Assembly (NCBI GenBank): GCA_046529715.1
Contig: CP134881.1
Coordinates: 918,803 to 982,802 of the forward strand
Length of the DNA stretch: 64,000 bases
From: Mycoplasmatota bacterium WC44
GTDB taxonomy: Bacteria; Bacillota_I; Bacilli_A; MAG-NZ
Direction: 5' to 3'
Position numbers and translations under genes: made by a program
Shown: positions 19,090 to 28,509 of the stretch, piece after piece
Numbering within the stretch: the first letter of the stretch is position 1
Layout: each line of letters begins with the position of its first letter
The notes under the pieces: generated by a model
What the model was told of the DNA's origin: nothing
The model's input: only the letters and a program-made list of their open reading frames with translations
Database searches by the model: none

Positions 19090-19968
19090 TTACTTTGGAA
19101 ACTGTTCAATATCATCTTCGTTTACATATATACTGCGTTGTACATTATAACCGTCTGAGTTTTCTGAAAATACAAATGACATTTCTAGTTTTATAGTATT
19201 ATCTTTGGTGATTTTATTAAATTCTTTATGTAATTCTCTATATGAATTTCCTATTAGTCTTCTTATTTCATCACTGTCATAATTGTTTAATCCTAACCTT
19301 TGATTAATAAAGGATACATAAAAATACATTTGATTTGTTGAAGGATAATATACCCAATTAATTCTTAATCCATCTGATTGTGTAGTGTTAATAAGTTGTT
19401 TCAAATCTTTATTCTCTTCAACAGCACCAGTGAACTTTTTTTTTCCATAGTATATATAAAATTCTGAATTGCTACTAAATATATGATCATACAAAGTTTC
19501 GTACGGAATATCTGGTGGTAATGATTTTAAACGATTAACCTCTTGTTTTAATTTTAGGTTTTCATCATTAAGAGTATTGTTAAAATTCTTTAAAGTTTGA
19601 TAATTATTAGATAATATATTGTTTTTTAACTTTAATGACTTAATTTCGGTTTCAAGATCATTCATTTTACTTACAAACGTTTCATTAGTTTTTTTGATGT
19701 CAAAATAATCAGAACTTATAGTTAATGAATTTAGTTTATTGTCCCAGTCTATGTCAGCACCAATTTTTGAGAAATAAGGTATAGGAACATATGTACACGG
19801 GTAATAACTATTATTTGGCTGGTAATTGAATGTTGGATAACATCCCTTATTGATGTTTTCTCCTTGCAAGTGAACTGGAAAATTTGTTGCATGTGGTTTT
19901 ACATCATTTGGAGGTAGGTTAACTCCACGTTGTACAGTGTAAGGTATTGTCCTGAATGGACATTGCAT
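19090..19968 (-). CDS. hypothetical protein: Cys/Pro/Tyr-rich N-terminus, central coiled coil, C-terminal globular part; coat-like
   Basis: RBS AGGAGG, ATG at 19966-19968. N-terminal CYPTFNYQPNNSYYPCTYVPIPYF. No catalytic motif. Confidence 0.4.
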   Translation of the reverse strand: MQCPFRTIPYTVQRGVNLPPNDVKPHATNFPVHLQGENINKGCYPTFNYQPNNSYYPCTYVPIPYFSKIGADIDWDNKLNSLTISSDYFDIKKTNETFVSKMNDLETEIKSLKLKNNILSNNYQTLKNFNNTLNDENLKLKQEVNRLKSLPPDIPYETLYDHIFSSNSEFYIYYGKKKFTGAVEENKDLKQLINTTQSDGLRINWVYYPSTNQMYFYVSFINQRLGLNNYDSDEIRRLIGNSYRELHKEFNKITKDNTIKLEMSFVFSENSDGYNVQRSIYVNEDDIEQFPK

Positions 19969-20082
19969 GCACTCTCCTCCTTTCTTTTTCTACTTTATTA
20001 TATTCAAGTAGAAAAAGAGGGCTACTTATTAAACTTGTAAGAGTTGAGTTGAAAACATTCTTAATACAATAATTTATAATAC

Positions 20083-21438
20083 TTACAATTTTCTTTTTGC
20101 TCTCGCAAATAGTTTATTCATTATAAGTGGAATTTCAAAATCACTTAATCCAGTATACTTAAATATCATTCTATTTTTATCACCGATTACTTTCTCTAAT
20201 TTATAATTTAAGTTATTAGCATTTTCCTTTACTATATTTAATAAATTTTCATTATTAAATTCTAGTAATATATGTGTTCCAGCTTTTGTATCAATAATGT
20301 CTAATCCCAATACATTTAATTTTAGTATTTCTTCAGTAATGATTTCATTTTTTTTACTGTAAAGTTTCTTGATTTTTCTAATGTGTCTTTCAAATTCACC
20401 ATTTTCAATAAAAGTTGCAAGTGCAAGCTGCTCTATTTTTGAGGCTGTTTGAGAGTACTTGTATTTTACTTGTTCAAACTTTTCTAATAGAAGAGGAGGT
20501 AGTACCATATAACTGATTTTCAGTGATGGAAACAGAATTGTTGAGAACGAACCAAAATATATTACATTATCTCCATTGCTTAGTCCTTGAAGTGATGGTA
20601 TTGGATTACCACTATACCTAAGTATACTGTTATAGTCATCCTCTATAATATAATTATTATTATCTTGAGCCCATTTAATTAGTTCAAGCCTTTTACTGAT
20701 AGTCATGATGTTTCCGGTCGGATATTGATGCGAAGGACTGACATAAACAACTTTAGCATTAGTCATATTTAAATTATTTATATCTAGTCCATTTTGTCCT
20801 ATTTCAATGGGAGTAGTTTTTATATTATAACTTTCTAAAATATATTTAACTCTGTCATAACCAGGATGTTCATAAGCAACTTTACTATCACTACCAATAA
20901 GGTTTATTAATATTCCTAACAATTGTTGAATACCAGCTCCTACTATAACCTGGTTTTTATGCGCATTAAGTCCTCTATATTTTCTTGTATAATTTATTAT
21001 TTCCTCCCTTAATTTATCCTCACCATTAGCAGATGAGCTAATTAACAGGTCATCACTATAATAAGAGATTATTCGGTTAATCTCTTTTTGCCATAGTTTA
21101 AAATTAAAGACAGAATCAGTAATTCCAAGATTTAAATATTTTGTACTTTTTATTGGATAAGGTTTAATCTGTTTTTTATCTAATATTAAGTCTTTATCAT
21201 CAATTTTAACCACGAAGAAGCCACTTCTTTCAACTCCTTCAATATAACCTTCCATAATAAGTTGATTATAAGCATTTTCTATAGTTGTCTTACTGACACC
21301 GAGATCAATAGCTAATTTTCTAATTGATGGTAGTTTTTTACCAGCATTTAGTGTGCCGTCTATTATACTGTATCTAATATGGTTATACACCTGAAGATAT
21401 AATTTATTATTACTTTTCTTATCTAAAGTTATTAACAT
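20083..21438 (-). CDS. MocR-subfamily GntR regulator (HTH plus PLP-dependent aminotransferase-like domain), PdxR-like
   Basis: N-terminal GntR HTH (LPSIRKLAIDLGVSKTTIENAY) and a ~350-aa aminotransferase fold I domain. Confidence 0.75.
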   Translation of the reverse strand: MLITLDKKSNNKLYLQVYNHIRYSIIDGTLNAGKKLPSIRKLAIDLGVSKTTIENAYNQLIMEGYIEGVERSGFFVVKIDDKDLILDKKQIKPYPIKSTKYLNLGITDSVFNFKLWQKEINRIISYYSDDLLISSSANGEDKLREEIINYTRKYRGLNAHKNQVIVGAGIQQLLGILINLIGSDSKVAYEHPGYDRVKYILESYNIKTTPIEIGQNGLDINNLNMTNAKVVYVSPSHQYPTGNIMTISKRLELIKWAQDNNNYIIEDDYNSILRYSGNPIPSLQGLSNGDNVIYFGSFSTILFPSLKISYMVLPPLLLEKFEQVKYKYSQTASKIEQLALATFIENGEFERHIRKIKKLYSKKNEIITEEILKLNVLGLDIIDTKAGTHILLEFNNENLLNIVKENANNLNYKLEKVIGDKNRMIFKYTGLSDFEIPLIMNKLFARAKRKL

Positions 21439-21467
21439 AATCTGTACCCTTCAACTTTTATAAATTT

Positions 21468-21519
21468 GTACATTTATATATATACACACCTATATTATAC
21501 TATACGCAAAGTACATTTA
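21468..21519 (+). promoter_or_regulatory. two perfect GTACATTTA direct repeats in the divergent promoter region (candidate MocR operator)
   Basis: Repeats at 21468-21476 and 21511-21519, plus a third TGTAC at 21443. Confidence 0.4.
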
Positions 21520-21533
21520 AAAGGAGAGGTTTT

Positions 21534-22040
21534 ATGTCAAGTAACATTACAACAAAAAATTTAATGATGGCAGCTTTATTTATTGCGATAGTAACATCAT
21601 TAACATTCATTCAATTATTTTCTACACCAAACGGAGGATTAGTTCATGCTGGATACATCGCATTATTTCCAATAGCAGTAGTTTTTGGTAAAAACTATGG
21701 TGCAATTGCAGGAGCTATTGGTATGGCATTATTCGATATTCTTTCAGGATGGGCATCTTGGGCACCAGCTACATTTGTAGTAGTTGGACTAGTTGGTTAT
21801 TTTACTGGGTTAATCGCTAATGGTGGTAAAAACCGAAACATTAACATATTAGCGTTAACTGTTGGATCATTAATTTCTATAACTGGTTATTTTATTTACA
21901 ATGCATTCTTTATGAAGTTCGGAGTTGAATCTGCATTAGTATCTGCTAGTGGTGATGCAATAAAAGTATTCGTAAGTTTAGTAGTTGCAGTTTTGGTGAT
22001 TCCTTCAGTAAGTAGAATGAAAGACCAGATTAATCTATAA
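21534..22040 (+). CDS. small 5-6 TM membrane protein, ECF-transporter S-component-like
   Basis: 168-aa hydrophobic protein. It is divergent from the MocR regulator and has its own terminator. Confidence 0.45.
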   Translation: MSSNITTKNLMMAALFIAIVTSLTFIQLFSTPNGGLVHAGYIALFPIAVVFGKNYGAIAGAIGMALFDILSGWASWAPATFVVVGLVGYFTGLIANGGKNRNINILALTVGSLISITGYFIYNAFFMKFGVESALVSASGDAIKVFVSLVVAVLVIPSVSRMKDQINL

Positions 22041-22043
22041 TTG

Positions 22044-22075
22044 AAAACGGCTTTTTACAGCCGTTTTTTATTTTG
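22044..22075 (+). terminator. rho-independent terminator
   Basis: aaacggct ... agccgttt hairpin followed by T6. Confidence 0.8.
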
Positions 22076-22100
22076 AAAATATAATGAATATTATTTTAAG

Positions 22101-22140
22101 TAAAAGAAAATACTCGTCTAAGTTACGAGTATTTTTCTTT
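22101..22140. terminator. bidirectional terminator
   Basis: aaatactcgt ... acgagtattt hairpin flanked by T/A runs. Confidence 0.65.
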
Positions 22141-22317
22141 TTAATCTTCTCTTTCTTTATTTAAATTTCTTGTAATCTTTTCAATTATTATTTCAACTTC
22201 TTGACGGAAAGGAGGATCTTGTTGATTCAATAATTCCTTTGCAATTTCTAAATCTCTAGTTGTGTAACCATTTTTTGATCTTAACTTTTCTAATTGATGT
22301 TTATGAGATCTATTCAT
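22141..22317 (-). CDS. small hypothetical protein (58 aa, basic, helical)
   Basis: RBS GGGGTGA, ATG at 22317. Own terminator. No family recognised. Confidence 0.4.
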   Translation of the reverse strand: MNRSHKHQLEKLRSKNGYTTRDLEIAKELLNQQDPPFRQEVEIIIEKITRNLNKERED

Positions 22318-22481
22318 ATTAATCACCCCAGATATTTTGTGAAGATTAATTACGAGATATACATTAATAAGTTAATTGATCTATCAGATTTTTCTAAAAT
22401 ACAGTTAATGTAGCAATTAGAAGAAGTATATAAATACATAAAATGTAAGATACTATTAACAAATATAATGAAGGTGATTAA

Positions 22482-22693
22482 ATGGAAAAGAAACGGTCAA
22501 TTAAAAAAAATAAGTCACAGAACTATAAGAAACAAATAATATCGAGTTTTCAAATGAACTAAGTAATAAAGAGTATCAGCCATATGAAGCATTAGGGAAA
22601 ACAACTAACAATATTATAAAAAGTTTAGATCAAGATACAGGTGTTGAAATTATGAATGTACCAACATCAAATGATAGTAGTTCAAACCAATAA
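22482..22693 (+). pseudogene. frameshifted, diverged alpha/beta-type SASP paralogue
   Basis: It shares the 15-nt aaggtgattaaatgg RBS/start segment with the intact SASP gene. Frame 1 stops after 26 codons. The downstream frame encodes ...ALGKTTNNIIKSLDQDTG..., which aligns to SALRGKITRNLVKIAEQQLAAETG. Confidence 0.5.
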
Positions 22694-22749
22694 TTTAGTA
22701 GGCTTAGTAAATTATATTTACTAACAAATATATTAGTAAAGGTGATTAA

Positions 22750-22932
22750 ATGGATAAGAATAAAGAAAAAAATAGTAATGTAGAGTTTTCGAATGAGATT
22801 GGATCGGATTTGTATAAATCTAGTGCATTAAGAGGTAAAATAACTAGAAATTTAGTTAAGATTGCTGAACAACAATTAGCAGCAGAAACTGGGAATGACC
22901 CAACTCCAGTTGAAGATATTAAGAATAAATAA
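22750..22932 (+). CDS. alpha/beta-type small acid-soluble spore protein
   Basis: SASP DNA-binding signature RGKITRNLVKIAEQQLAAETG in a 60-aa protein. Confidence 0.8.
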   Translation: MDKNKEKNSNVEFSNEIGSDLYKSSALRGKITRNLVKIAEQQLAAETGNDPTPVEDIKNK

Positions 22933-22935
22933 TAT

Positions 22936-22970
22936 AAAAACACTTAAATATGATATTTAAGTGTTTTTTA
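22936..22970 (+). terminator. rho-independent terminator
   Basis: aaacacttaaata-tga-tatttaagtgttt hairpin followed by T6. Confidence 0.8.
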
Positions 22971-23069
22971 ATGTTTAGTGCTTGAGTGAAGTAAACAACA
23001 ATATATATTATGTATCGAAAAATTGGTAAAACAGGCCTAATTTGATATAATTGTGTCAACTATAAGTAG

Positions 23070-23083
23070 TATGAATATTCATA
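23070..23083. promoter_or_regulatory. perfect 14-bp palindrome TATGAATATTCATA upstream of the ABC operon (candidate operator)
   Basis: Read directly from the sequence. Confidence 0.3.
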
Positions 23084-23208
23084 GTTAATATTTAAGATGA
23101 AAATTTATACTATAATTTAAAGTTATATTTAAGGGGTTTGTGAGATAATCGTAGCAATAATTATGTGGTTTTTAATACTTGTATGAAATTATTATAGGGG
23201 GGGGATTT

Positions 23209-25452
23209 ATGCTTAATTTACAAAAAATATCTAAGTACTATTATGCAGACAAATCTGTTTCTTTAGCCTTAAGAAAAGTAGACCTTGAATTTAATTTGGG
23301 TGAGTTTATCGCAATTACAGGTGAATCAGGTAGTGGAAAGTCTACATTACTAAATGTTGTAAGTGGTTTAGACACTTATGAAGAAGGTAAATTATTTGTT
23401 AATAATGAAGATATTTCACATTACACTATAAGCGAACTAGAGGATTATAGAAGACAATATGTTGGTTTCGTTTTTCAAAATTATAATATTATAGAAAGTT
23501 ATACTGTACTTCAAAATGTTGAAATGGCCTTAATTGTTCAAGGATTTGATAAATCATCTAGAAGAAAAAGATCATTAGAATTAATTGAACAAGTTGGTTT
23601 AACGAAAATCAAAAATAGAAAAGCTAGTAAACTTAGTGGTGGAGAGAAACAAAGAACTGTTATCGCTAGAGCTTTAGCTAAGGATTGCCCAATAATAGTT
23701 TGTGATGAACCAACTGGTAATCTTGATACTAATTCTAGTAAAGTTATATTTGATCTATTAAAAAAAATAAGTGAAACTAAATTAGTTGTGATTGTAACTC
23801 ATGATTCTGAAACTATAAGAAATTATGCGACTAGATTGATAAGGTTATATGATGGTGAAGTTGTTCAGGACGAAATATTAACTAAACCTAATAGTGCAAC
23901 TCTGGAACTAGTAAAACCATACAAGGTAAAGTTAATTGATTGTTTGAAAATCTCCTTAACAAGCATACTCTCAGTACCTAAGAAATCATTTTTTAGTGTA
24001 ATGATTATATTGCTTATGATATCGGCTTTTATATTTATGTATGGAAGTGGATTAAAACAAATATATACATCTAATATAAGTGAAACTTTATATTTCGATA
24101 ACGCAGATGACTCAAGGCTTATTGTAACTAAGTCTGATAGTAGTGCATTCAGCGAGGGAGAATTAATGGAATTATCAGAAATAGATTACGTTAAAGGAGT
24201 TTTAGATTATGATATTGTACTAGATACGCTTTTAGTCTCTAAGATTCATAACTATGAATATGACTTTGATGAATTTATTGATTTTTCAGTACACCCAACT
24301 TTATCTCTTCAAAAATTTGATTTAATTGAAGGAAGATTTCCTAAGTATACAGATGAAGTAATTATAGGACAAAACGAGTATTATCAAGTTGGAGATATAA
24401 TATCACTTTCTAATTCACTAAATATTAAGAAAATAGAAGGGATAGAAACTGATGAGTTTACTTTTACAGTTGTTGGGATTACTGATGAAGTTAACAATGA
24501 TAGATTACATAATGAAATTTATTTAGACCTTTCAATTCTAGGTGATATGTCCGCTACAGCCTTTAAAGGATATACTCAAGTACTTCTAGATATTAACAAT
24601 CAAAGAAGATACATGATGGTTAATGATATTAGAATTGATGATAACTTAAAAGATGATGAGGTCTTAGCTTATGATATGATGTTCTACGATATTATTCGCG
24701 ACTTTAATTATTACGTACCAAAACCAGGGGATATCGAGGTTTTAGTAATAGATCATGAATTCTTATTAGGGTTTCTAAATGGTGATTATGAATTCTCCTT
24801 AGTAAGGGTTTCACCTTTTGAAAATGATCCTAAACCTTACAGTATTCAATTGAAATCAGAACCATATAAGCCGCATCCATTTGGAGCAGCTATTTATATG
24901 AATTCAAATACATTTGAAAAAGTTCTTAAGGATGATATATATCAACCTTCCTTAATAGTAAATGATATGTATGAAGCTAAGAAAATTAAAAGTGAGTTAG
25001 AAAACATGGGCTATAATGTTCTTTACCCAAATGGGTCTATCGCTGACTACAGTTACGCTACATTCATCTCCTTAGCATTATTTTCAATGACTTTTATTGT
25101 TACAATTATAGTTAATTACTTTGTTGGATATTTTGTTTTAAAGAATGTACTGATTAGTAAAAAGAAGGATTATCTAGTTTATAGATCTATTGGAACAAAT
25201 AAAAAAACAATAAGTACTATTATTACATTTGAGTTAATTTATTTGTCTATATTCTCATTTATTATAGCTATCATTTCATTAATGATTAACGAACGATATA
25301 GATCATTAATCCCACATTTATTAAAATACTTTACAACTCGAGATTATCTATTCATATTAATAACTGTTTTTATCCTAATGTTATTAATAGCTAAAAGATT
25401 TAACAAAGTAATATTTGAAAAATCAGTGATTTCATCACTGAAGAGTGAGTAG
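23209..25452 (+). CDS. fused ABC transporter ATPase / FtsX-family permease (MacB-like) 1
   Basis: Walker A GESGSGKST, signature LSGGEKQR, Walker B IIVCDEPTGNLD. One TM, a ~350-aa extracytoplasmic domain, then three C-terminal TMs. Confidence 0.8.
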   Translation: MLNLQKISKYYYADKSVSLALRKVDLEFNLGEFIAITGESGSGKSTLLNVVSGLDTYEEGKLFVNNEDISHYTISELEDYRRQYVGFVFQNYNIIESYTVLQNVEMALIVQGFDKSSRRKRSLELIEQVGLTKIKNRKASKLSGGEKQRTVIARALAKDCPIIVCDEPTGNLDTNSSKVIFDLLKKISETKLVVIVTHDSETIRNYATRLIRLYDGEVVQDEILTKPNSATLELVKPYKVKLIDCLKISLTSILSVPKKSFFSVMIILLMISAFIFMYGSGLKQIYTSNISETLYFDNADDSRLIVTKSDSSAFSEGELMELSEIDYVKGVLDYDIVLDTLLVSKIHNYEYDFDEFIDFSVHPTLSLQKFDLIEGRFPKYTDEVIIGQNEYYQVGDIISLSNSLNIKKIEGIETDEFTFTVVGITDEVNNDRLHNEIYLDLSILGDMSATAFKGYTQVLLDINNQRRYMMVNDIRIDDNLKDDEVLAYDMMFYDIIRDFNYYVPKPGDIEVLVIDHEFLLGFLNGDYEFSLVRVSPFENDPKPYSIQLKSEPYKPHPFGAAIYMNSNTFEKVLKDDIYQPSLIVNDMYEAKKIKSELENMGYNVLYPNGSIADYSYATFISLALFSMTFIVTIIVNYFVGYFVLKNVLISKKKDYLVYRSIGTNKKTISTIITFELIYLSIFSFIIAIISLMINERYRSLIPHLLKYFTTRDYLFILITVFILMLLIAKRFNKVIFEKSVISSLKSE

Positions 25453-25461
25453 GTGAAAAAA

Positions 25462-27882
25462 ATGATAAAACTGAACAATGTAAATAAGTATTTTAATAAA
25501 GGAAAAAGAAATGAGAATCATGTAGTTAATAATATAAATCTTGAATTACCAGAAACGGGTTTAGTAATAATATTAGGTAAATCAGGAAGTGGGAAAACAA
25601 CATTATTAAATATAATTAGTGGAACTGATGATTTTAATAAAGGAACATTGACTATAGATAATAAAGTTATAGAGAAATATAAATCTAGAATTTGGGATAC
25701 AATCCGTAATAAAGATATAGGATATGTTTTTCAAAATTATAACCTATTTAATAATCTTACTGTATATGGAAATATTGAGTTTGTATTAAAACTTAGTGGA
25801 GTTAGAGAGAAAGATGAGATTAAAAAAAGGGTAGATTACTTACTTGAATCTGTAGGTCTTGAAAATTATCATAATCGTCTTGTAAGCTCATTATCTGGTG
25901 GACAAGCTCAAAGAGTTGCCTTAGTAAGAGCATTAGCTAAGAATCCAAAAATTATTGTAGCTGATGAACCAACAGGTAACTTAGATAGTAAAAATACGAT
26001 AGATATAATGAACATCTTAAAGGTTGTATCTAAGAAGAAACTAGTTCTTATGGTTTCCCATGATATCTCACTAGCTGAGTATTATGCTGATAGAATAATC
26101 AGTATTCAAGATGGTTTAATAGTCAATGATGATTTAAATGAGTATGATGGAGTTTTGGAAATTGAACAAGATCAACAAATCTTCTTGAAAGACTATCAAA
26201 AAGAAACTCTAAATAGTAATAATGTAGATTTAACCACTTACAATAATGAAAATAGTAGTGGTGCTATAGATATTGAATTAATAGATAAGAATGAAACTCT
26301 TTATTTAAAAGTAGATTCAAAGAAACATAGTAGAATTAAATATTTAAATGACGAGTCAGAAATTGAACTGATTAATGATTTTTCATGCAATAAGAACAAT
26401 TATTTAGAAACAGATTTTGATTTTGATAATATTATTGATAACAAATCTGGTATGGCCAAGATTTCTATTAAAGACTCCTTTGATTATGCTCTAAAGAAAA
26501 TTAGTGAATTATCAATTGGGAGTAAGATGCTTTATTCTATATTAGCCTTAGTTGGAGCATTAATGTCATTGTCTATTGGAATATATGGATCAGTAAATGA
26601 TTATGATGATACATTAATAGTTGATAAATCAAGGAACTACATTATCGTAGAGGGTGATTACACATATGATGAAGCTAAAGCTTTAGAAGAATACGATTAT
26701 ATAAAAAAAGTAAATTTCTTTACAGAAGCACAGGATTATAAGCTAAGTACAGAAACATATTATCAAATAAGTAATTCAATAACACTTAATGCTCATCCTA
26801 GTGATATATCTCTTTTATCTAATGACAACATTATATATGGAAGATATCCAGAAAAAAATGAGATAGTTATAGATAAATTTTTAGCTGATGGACTTATGTA
26901 TAAATATTCTGAGCGTGGAATAGACTCATATGAAGATGTTTTAAAATCAAGAATAAAATTACAGTCAGATGGAAACGAGTTTGATTATTCAATAGATACA
27001 TATTTTGAATTTGATATAGTAGGTATCTCTAATGATGATTCTCCAACAATATGGATGTCAGAAGAATTATTATATTCCTTATCATTGCCAACTATGGTGG
27101 ATTATACTATCTTGGGTGATGGAGTAGAATTTAGTAATGGGAGAATGCCAAGATCATTTAGAGAAGTATTATTAAGTGATGATTATTCAAATGTTGGAAC
27201 ACCATCACAAATAGGAACAAGCTTAGGCACTCTGAGTGTTGTTGGAACCTATTCATATAATGCTGGGCTAAGAAATTACAACACAAAGTACTTAATGTTA
27301 TCGGATGTAAAACTGATGGAAAAGATGCATTTCGCAAGAACTGCACAAACATTCTTTAAAACATCAGTTTTAGCATATACTGATAACCCGGCTGAAACGA
27401 TACAAAAACTTGATGAAGAAGGAATTTACGCTTATAGTGATTACCTTGATAATTATGATGAGTATATTGCCGATCAAACATTAGCAAACACGGGATTCTT
27501 AACTTATTCTTTAATTGGGATTATTTCAGCGGCATTAGGTATTTATTTCATAATGAGATCAAGTTTATTATCAAGAATATATGAAATAAGTATTTTAAGA
27601 GCAGTTGGAGCTAGTAAATCAGATATTAGAAGACTATTCTTAGTGGAAATATTATTTATAACAACAATCAGTTCTCTAGTAGGATATTTAGCTTTAATCT
27701 TGTTATTATCAAGTGGATTAAGTAACGCTAAAGGTTATATTGATTTTGTTCACTTTACGTTTATTAACGCAATTATTGGCGCGCTTATTTTATATTTAGT
27801 TAATATTATATTTGGATTAATTCCGATAGAATTACTTATCAGGAAAACACCTTCTAAGATATTATCTAGATATGACTTATAA
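25462..27882 (+). CDS. fused ABC transporter ATPase / FtsX-family permease (MacB-like) 2
   Basis: GKSGSGKTTL, LSGGQAQR and IIVADEPTGNLD. Same architecture as the first. RBS TAGGTGA, ATG at 25462. Confidence 0.8.
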   Translation: MIKLNNVNKYFNKGKRNENHVVNNINLELPETGLVIILGKSGSGKTTLLNIISGTDDFNKGTLTIDNKVIEKYKSRIWDTIRNKDIGYVFQNYNLFNNLTVYGNIEFVLKLSGVREKDEIKKRVDYLLESVGLENYHNRLVSSLSGGQAQRVALVRALAKNPKIIVADEPTGNLDSKNTIDIMNILKVVSKKKLVLMVSHDISLAEYYADRIISIQDGLIVNDDLNEYDGVLEIEQDQQIFLKDYQKETLNSNNVDLTTYNNENSSGAIDIELIDKNETLYLKVDSKKHSRIKYLNDESEIELINDFSCNKNNYLETDFDFDNIIDNKSGMAKISIKDSFDYALKKISELSIGSKMLYSILALVGALMSLSIGIYGSVNDYDDTLIVDKSRNYIIVEGDYTYDEAKALEEYDYIKKVNFFTEAQDYKLSTETYYQISNSITLNAHPSDISLLSNDNIIYGRYPEKNEIVIDKFLADGLMYKYSERGIDSYEDVLKSRIKLQSDGNEFDYSIDTYFEFDIVGISNDDSPTIWMSEELLYSLSLPTMVDYTILGDGVEFSNGRMPRSFREVLLSDDYSNVGTPSQIGTSLGTLSVVGTYSYNAGLRNYNTKYLMLSDVKLMEKMHFARTAQTFFKTSVLAYTDNPAETIQKLDEEGIYAYSDYLDNYDEYIADQTLANTGFLTYSLIGIISAALGIYFIMRSSLLSRIYEISILRAVGASKSDIRRLFLVEILFITTISSLVGYLALILLLSSGLSNAKGYIDFVHFTFINAIIGALILYLVNIIFGLIPIELLIRKTPSKILSRYDL

Positions 27883-27930
27883 TTACAAAAAAATAACTAT
27901 GAAATTTTGTAGTTATTTTTTTTGTAATTA
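27880..27930. terminator. long palindromic bidirectional terminator
   Basis: taattacaaaaaaataactat ... gtagttatttttttttgtaatta. Confidence 0.75.
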
Positions 27931-27944
27931 ATCATAATAGTTAC

Positions 27945-27996
27945 TGGCATTTGACAAAAACTAAGTAATGTATTAATATATAAATGGCAAATGCCA
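27945..27996 (+). promoter_or_regulatory. sigma-A-like promoter (TTGACA, 17-nt spacer, TAATAT) bracketed by the inverted repeat GGCATTTG ... CAAATGCC (candidate operator)
   Basis: -35 at 27951-27956 and -10 at 27974-27979. The dyad arms are at 27946-27953 and 27988-27995. RBS AAGGAGGA, ATG at 28012. Confidence 0.6.
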
Positions 27997-28011
27997 ATAA
28001 GGAGGATTTAT

Positions 28012-28407
28012 ATGAAAGTTGCAGTAGCAGTAAATAATAACAATGTTTCAAAACATTTTGGTAAAACTGAAGGTTTTATGTTGTTCGATATTCAAAATAA
28101 AGAAGTTATATCAAGAGAATATTACAACAATTCTATAAATAGTGGATGCGGAATAACAAGTGAATTAACAGATTTAGGAGTTAAATCACTTGTTGTAGGT
28201 GGTATGGGAGAAAATGCTAAACGTAAAGTAGAAGCTCAAAATATTGAAGTTTATTTAACTAATAGTGTGTCTATTGAAAAAGTAGTAGAAGATTTTATTA
28301 ATGGAAAGTTAAATAAAGAAGATAACTTATACTTAGTTCACCAACATAATCACTCACATGATGATCATGGTAGTAAAAATCATAAGTGTTGCGGTCGTCA
28401 TCATTAA
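28012..28407 (+). CDS. NifX/NafY/NifB-C-terminal-type (dinitrogenase FeMo-cofactor-binding family) small protein with a His/Cys-rich tail
   Basis: MKVAVAVNNNNVSKHFGKTEGFMLFD is the typical family start. C-terminal HQHNHSHDDHGSKNHKCCGRHH. Confidence 0.6.
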   Translation: MKVAVAVNNNNVSKHFGKTEGFMLFDIQNKEVISREYYNNSINSGCGITSELTDLGVKSLVVGGMGENAKRKVEAQNIEVYLTNSVSIEKVVEDFINGKLNKEDNLYLVHQHNHSHDDHGSKNHKCCGRHH

Positions 28408-28420
28408 TTTAAGTGATTTT

Positions 28421-28450
28421 TAGACAGAATTTATATTCTGTCTTTTAATT
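28421..28450 (+). terminator. rho-independent terminator
   Basis: agacagaat ... attctgtct hairpin followed by TTTAATT. Confidence 0.7.
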
Positions 28451-28509
28451 GTATTTTACTCAAAGTACCAACTATATAATATTATTGTAAATCTACTGGA
28501 GGAAAAATA

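Noticed and set aside
27991-28011. Upstream in-frame extension (MPIRRIYM...) of the NifX-like gene given by the ORF track
   Set aside because: The RBS AAGGAGGA at 27999-28006 and the family-typical MKVAVA start at 28012 argue that the annotated upstream ATG is not used.
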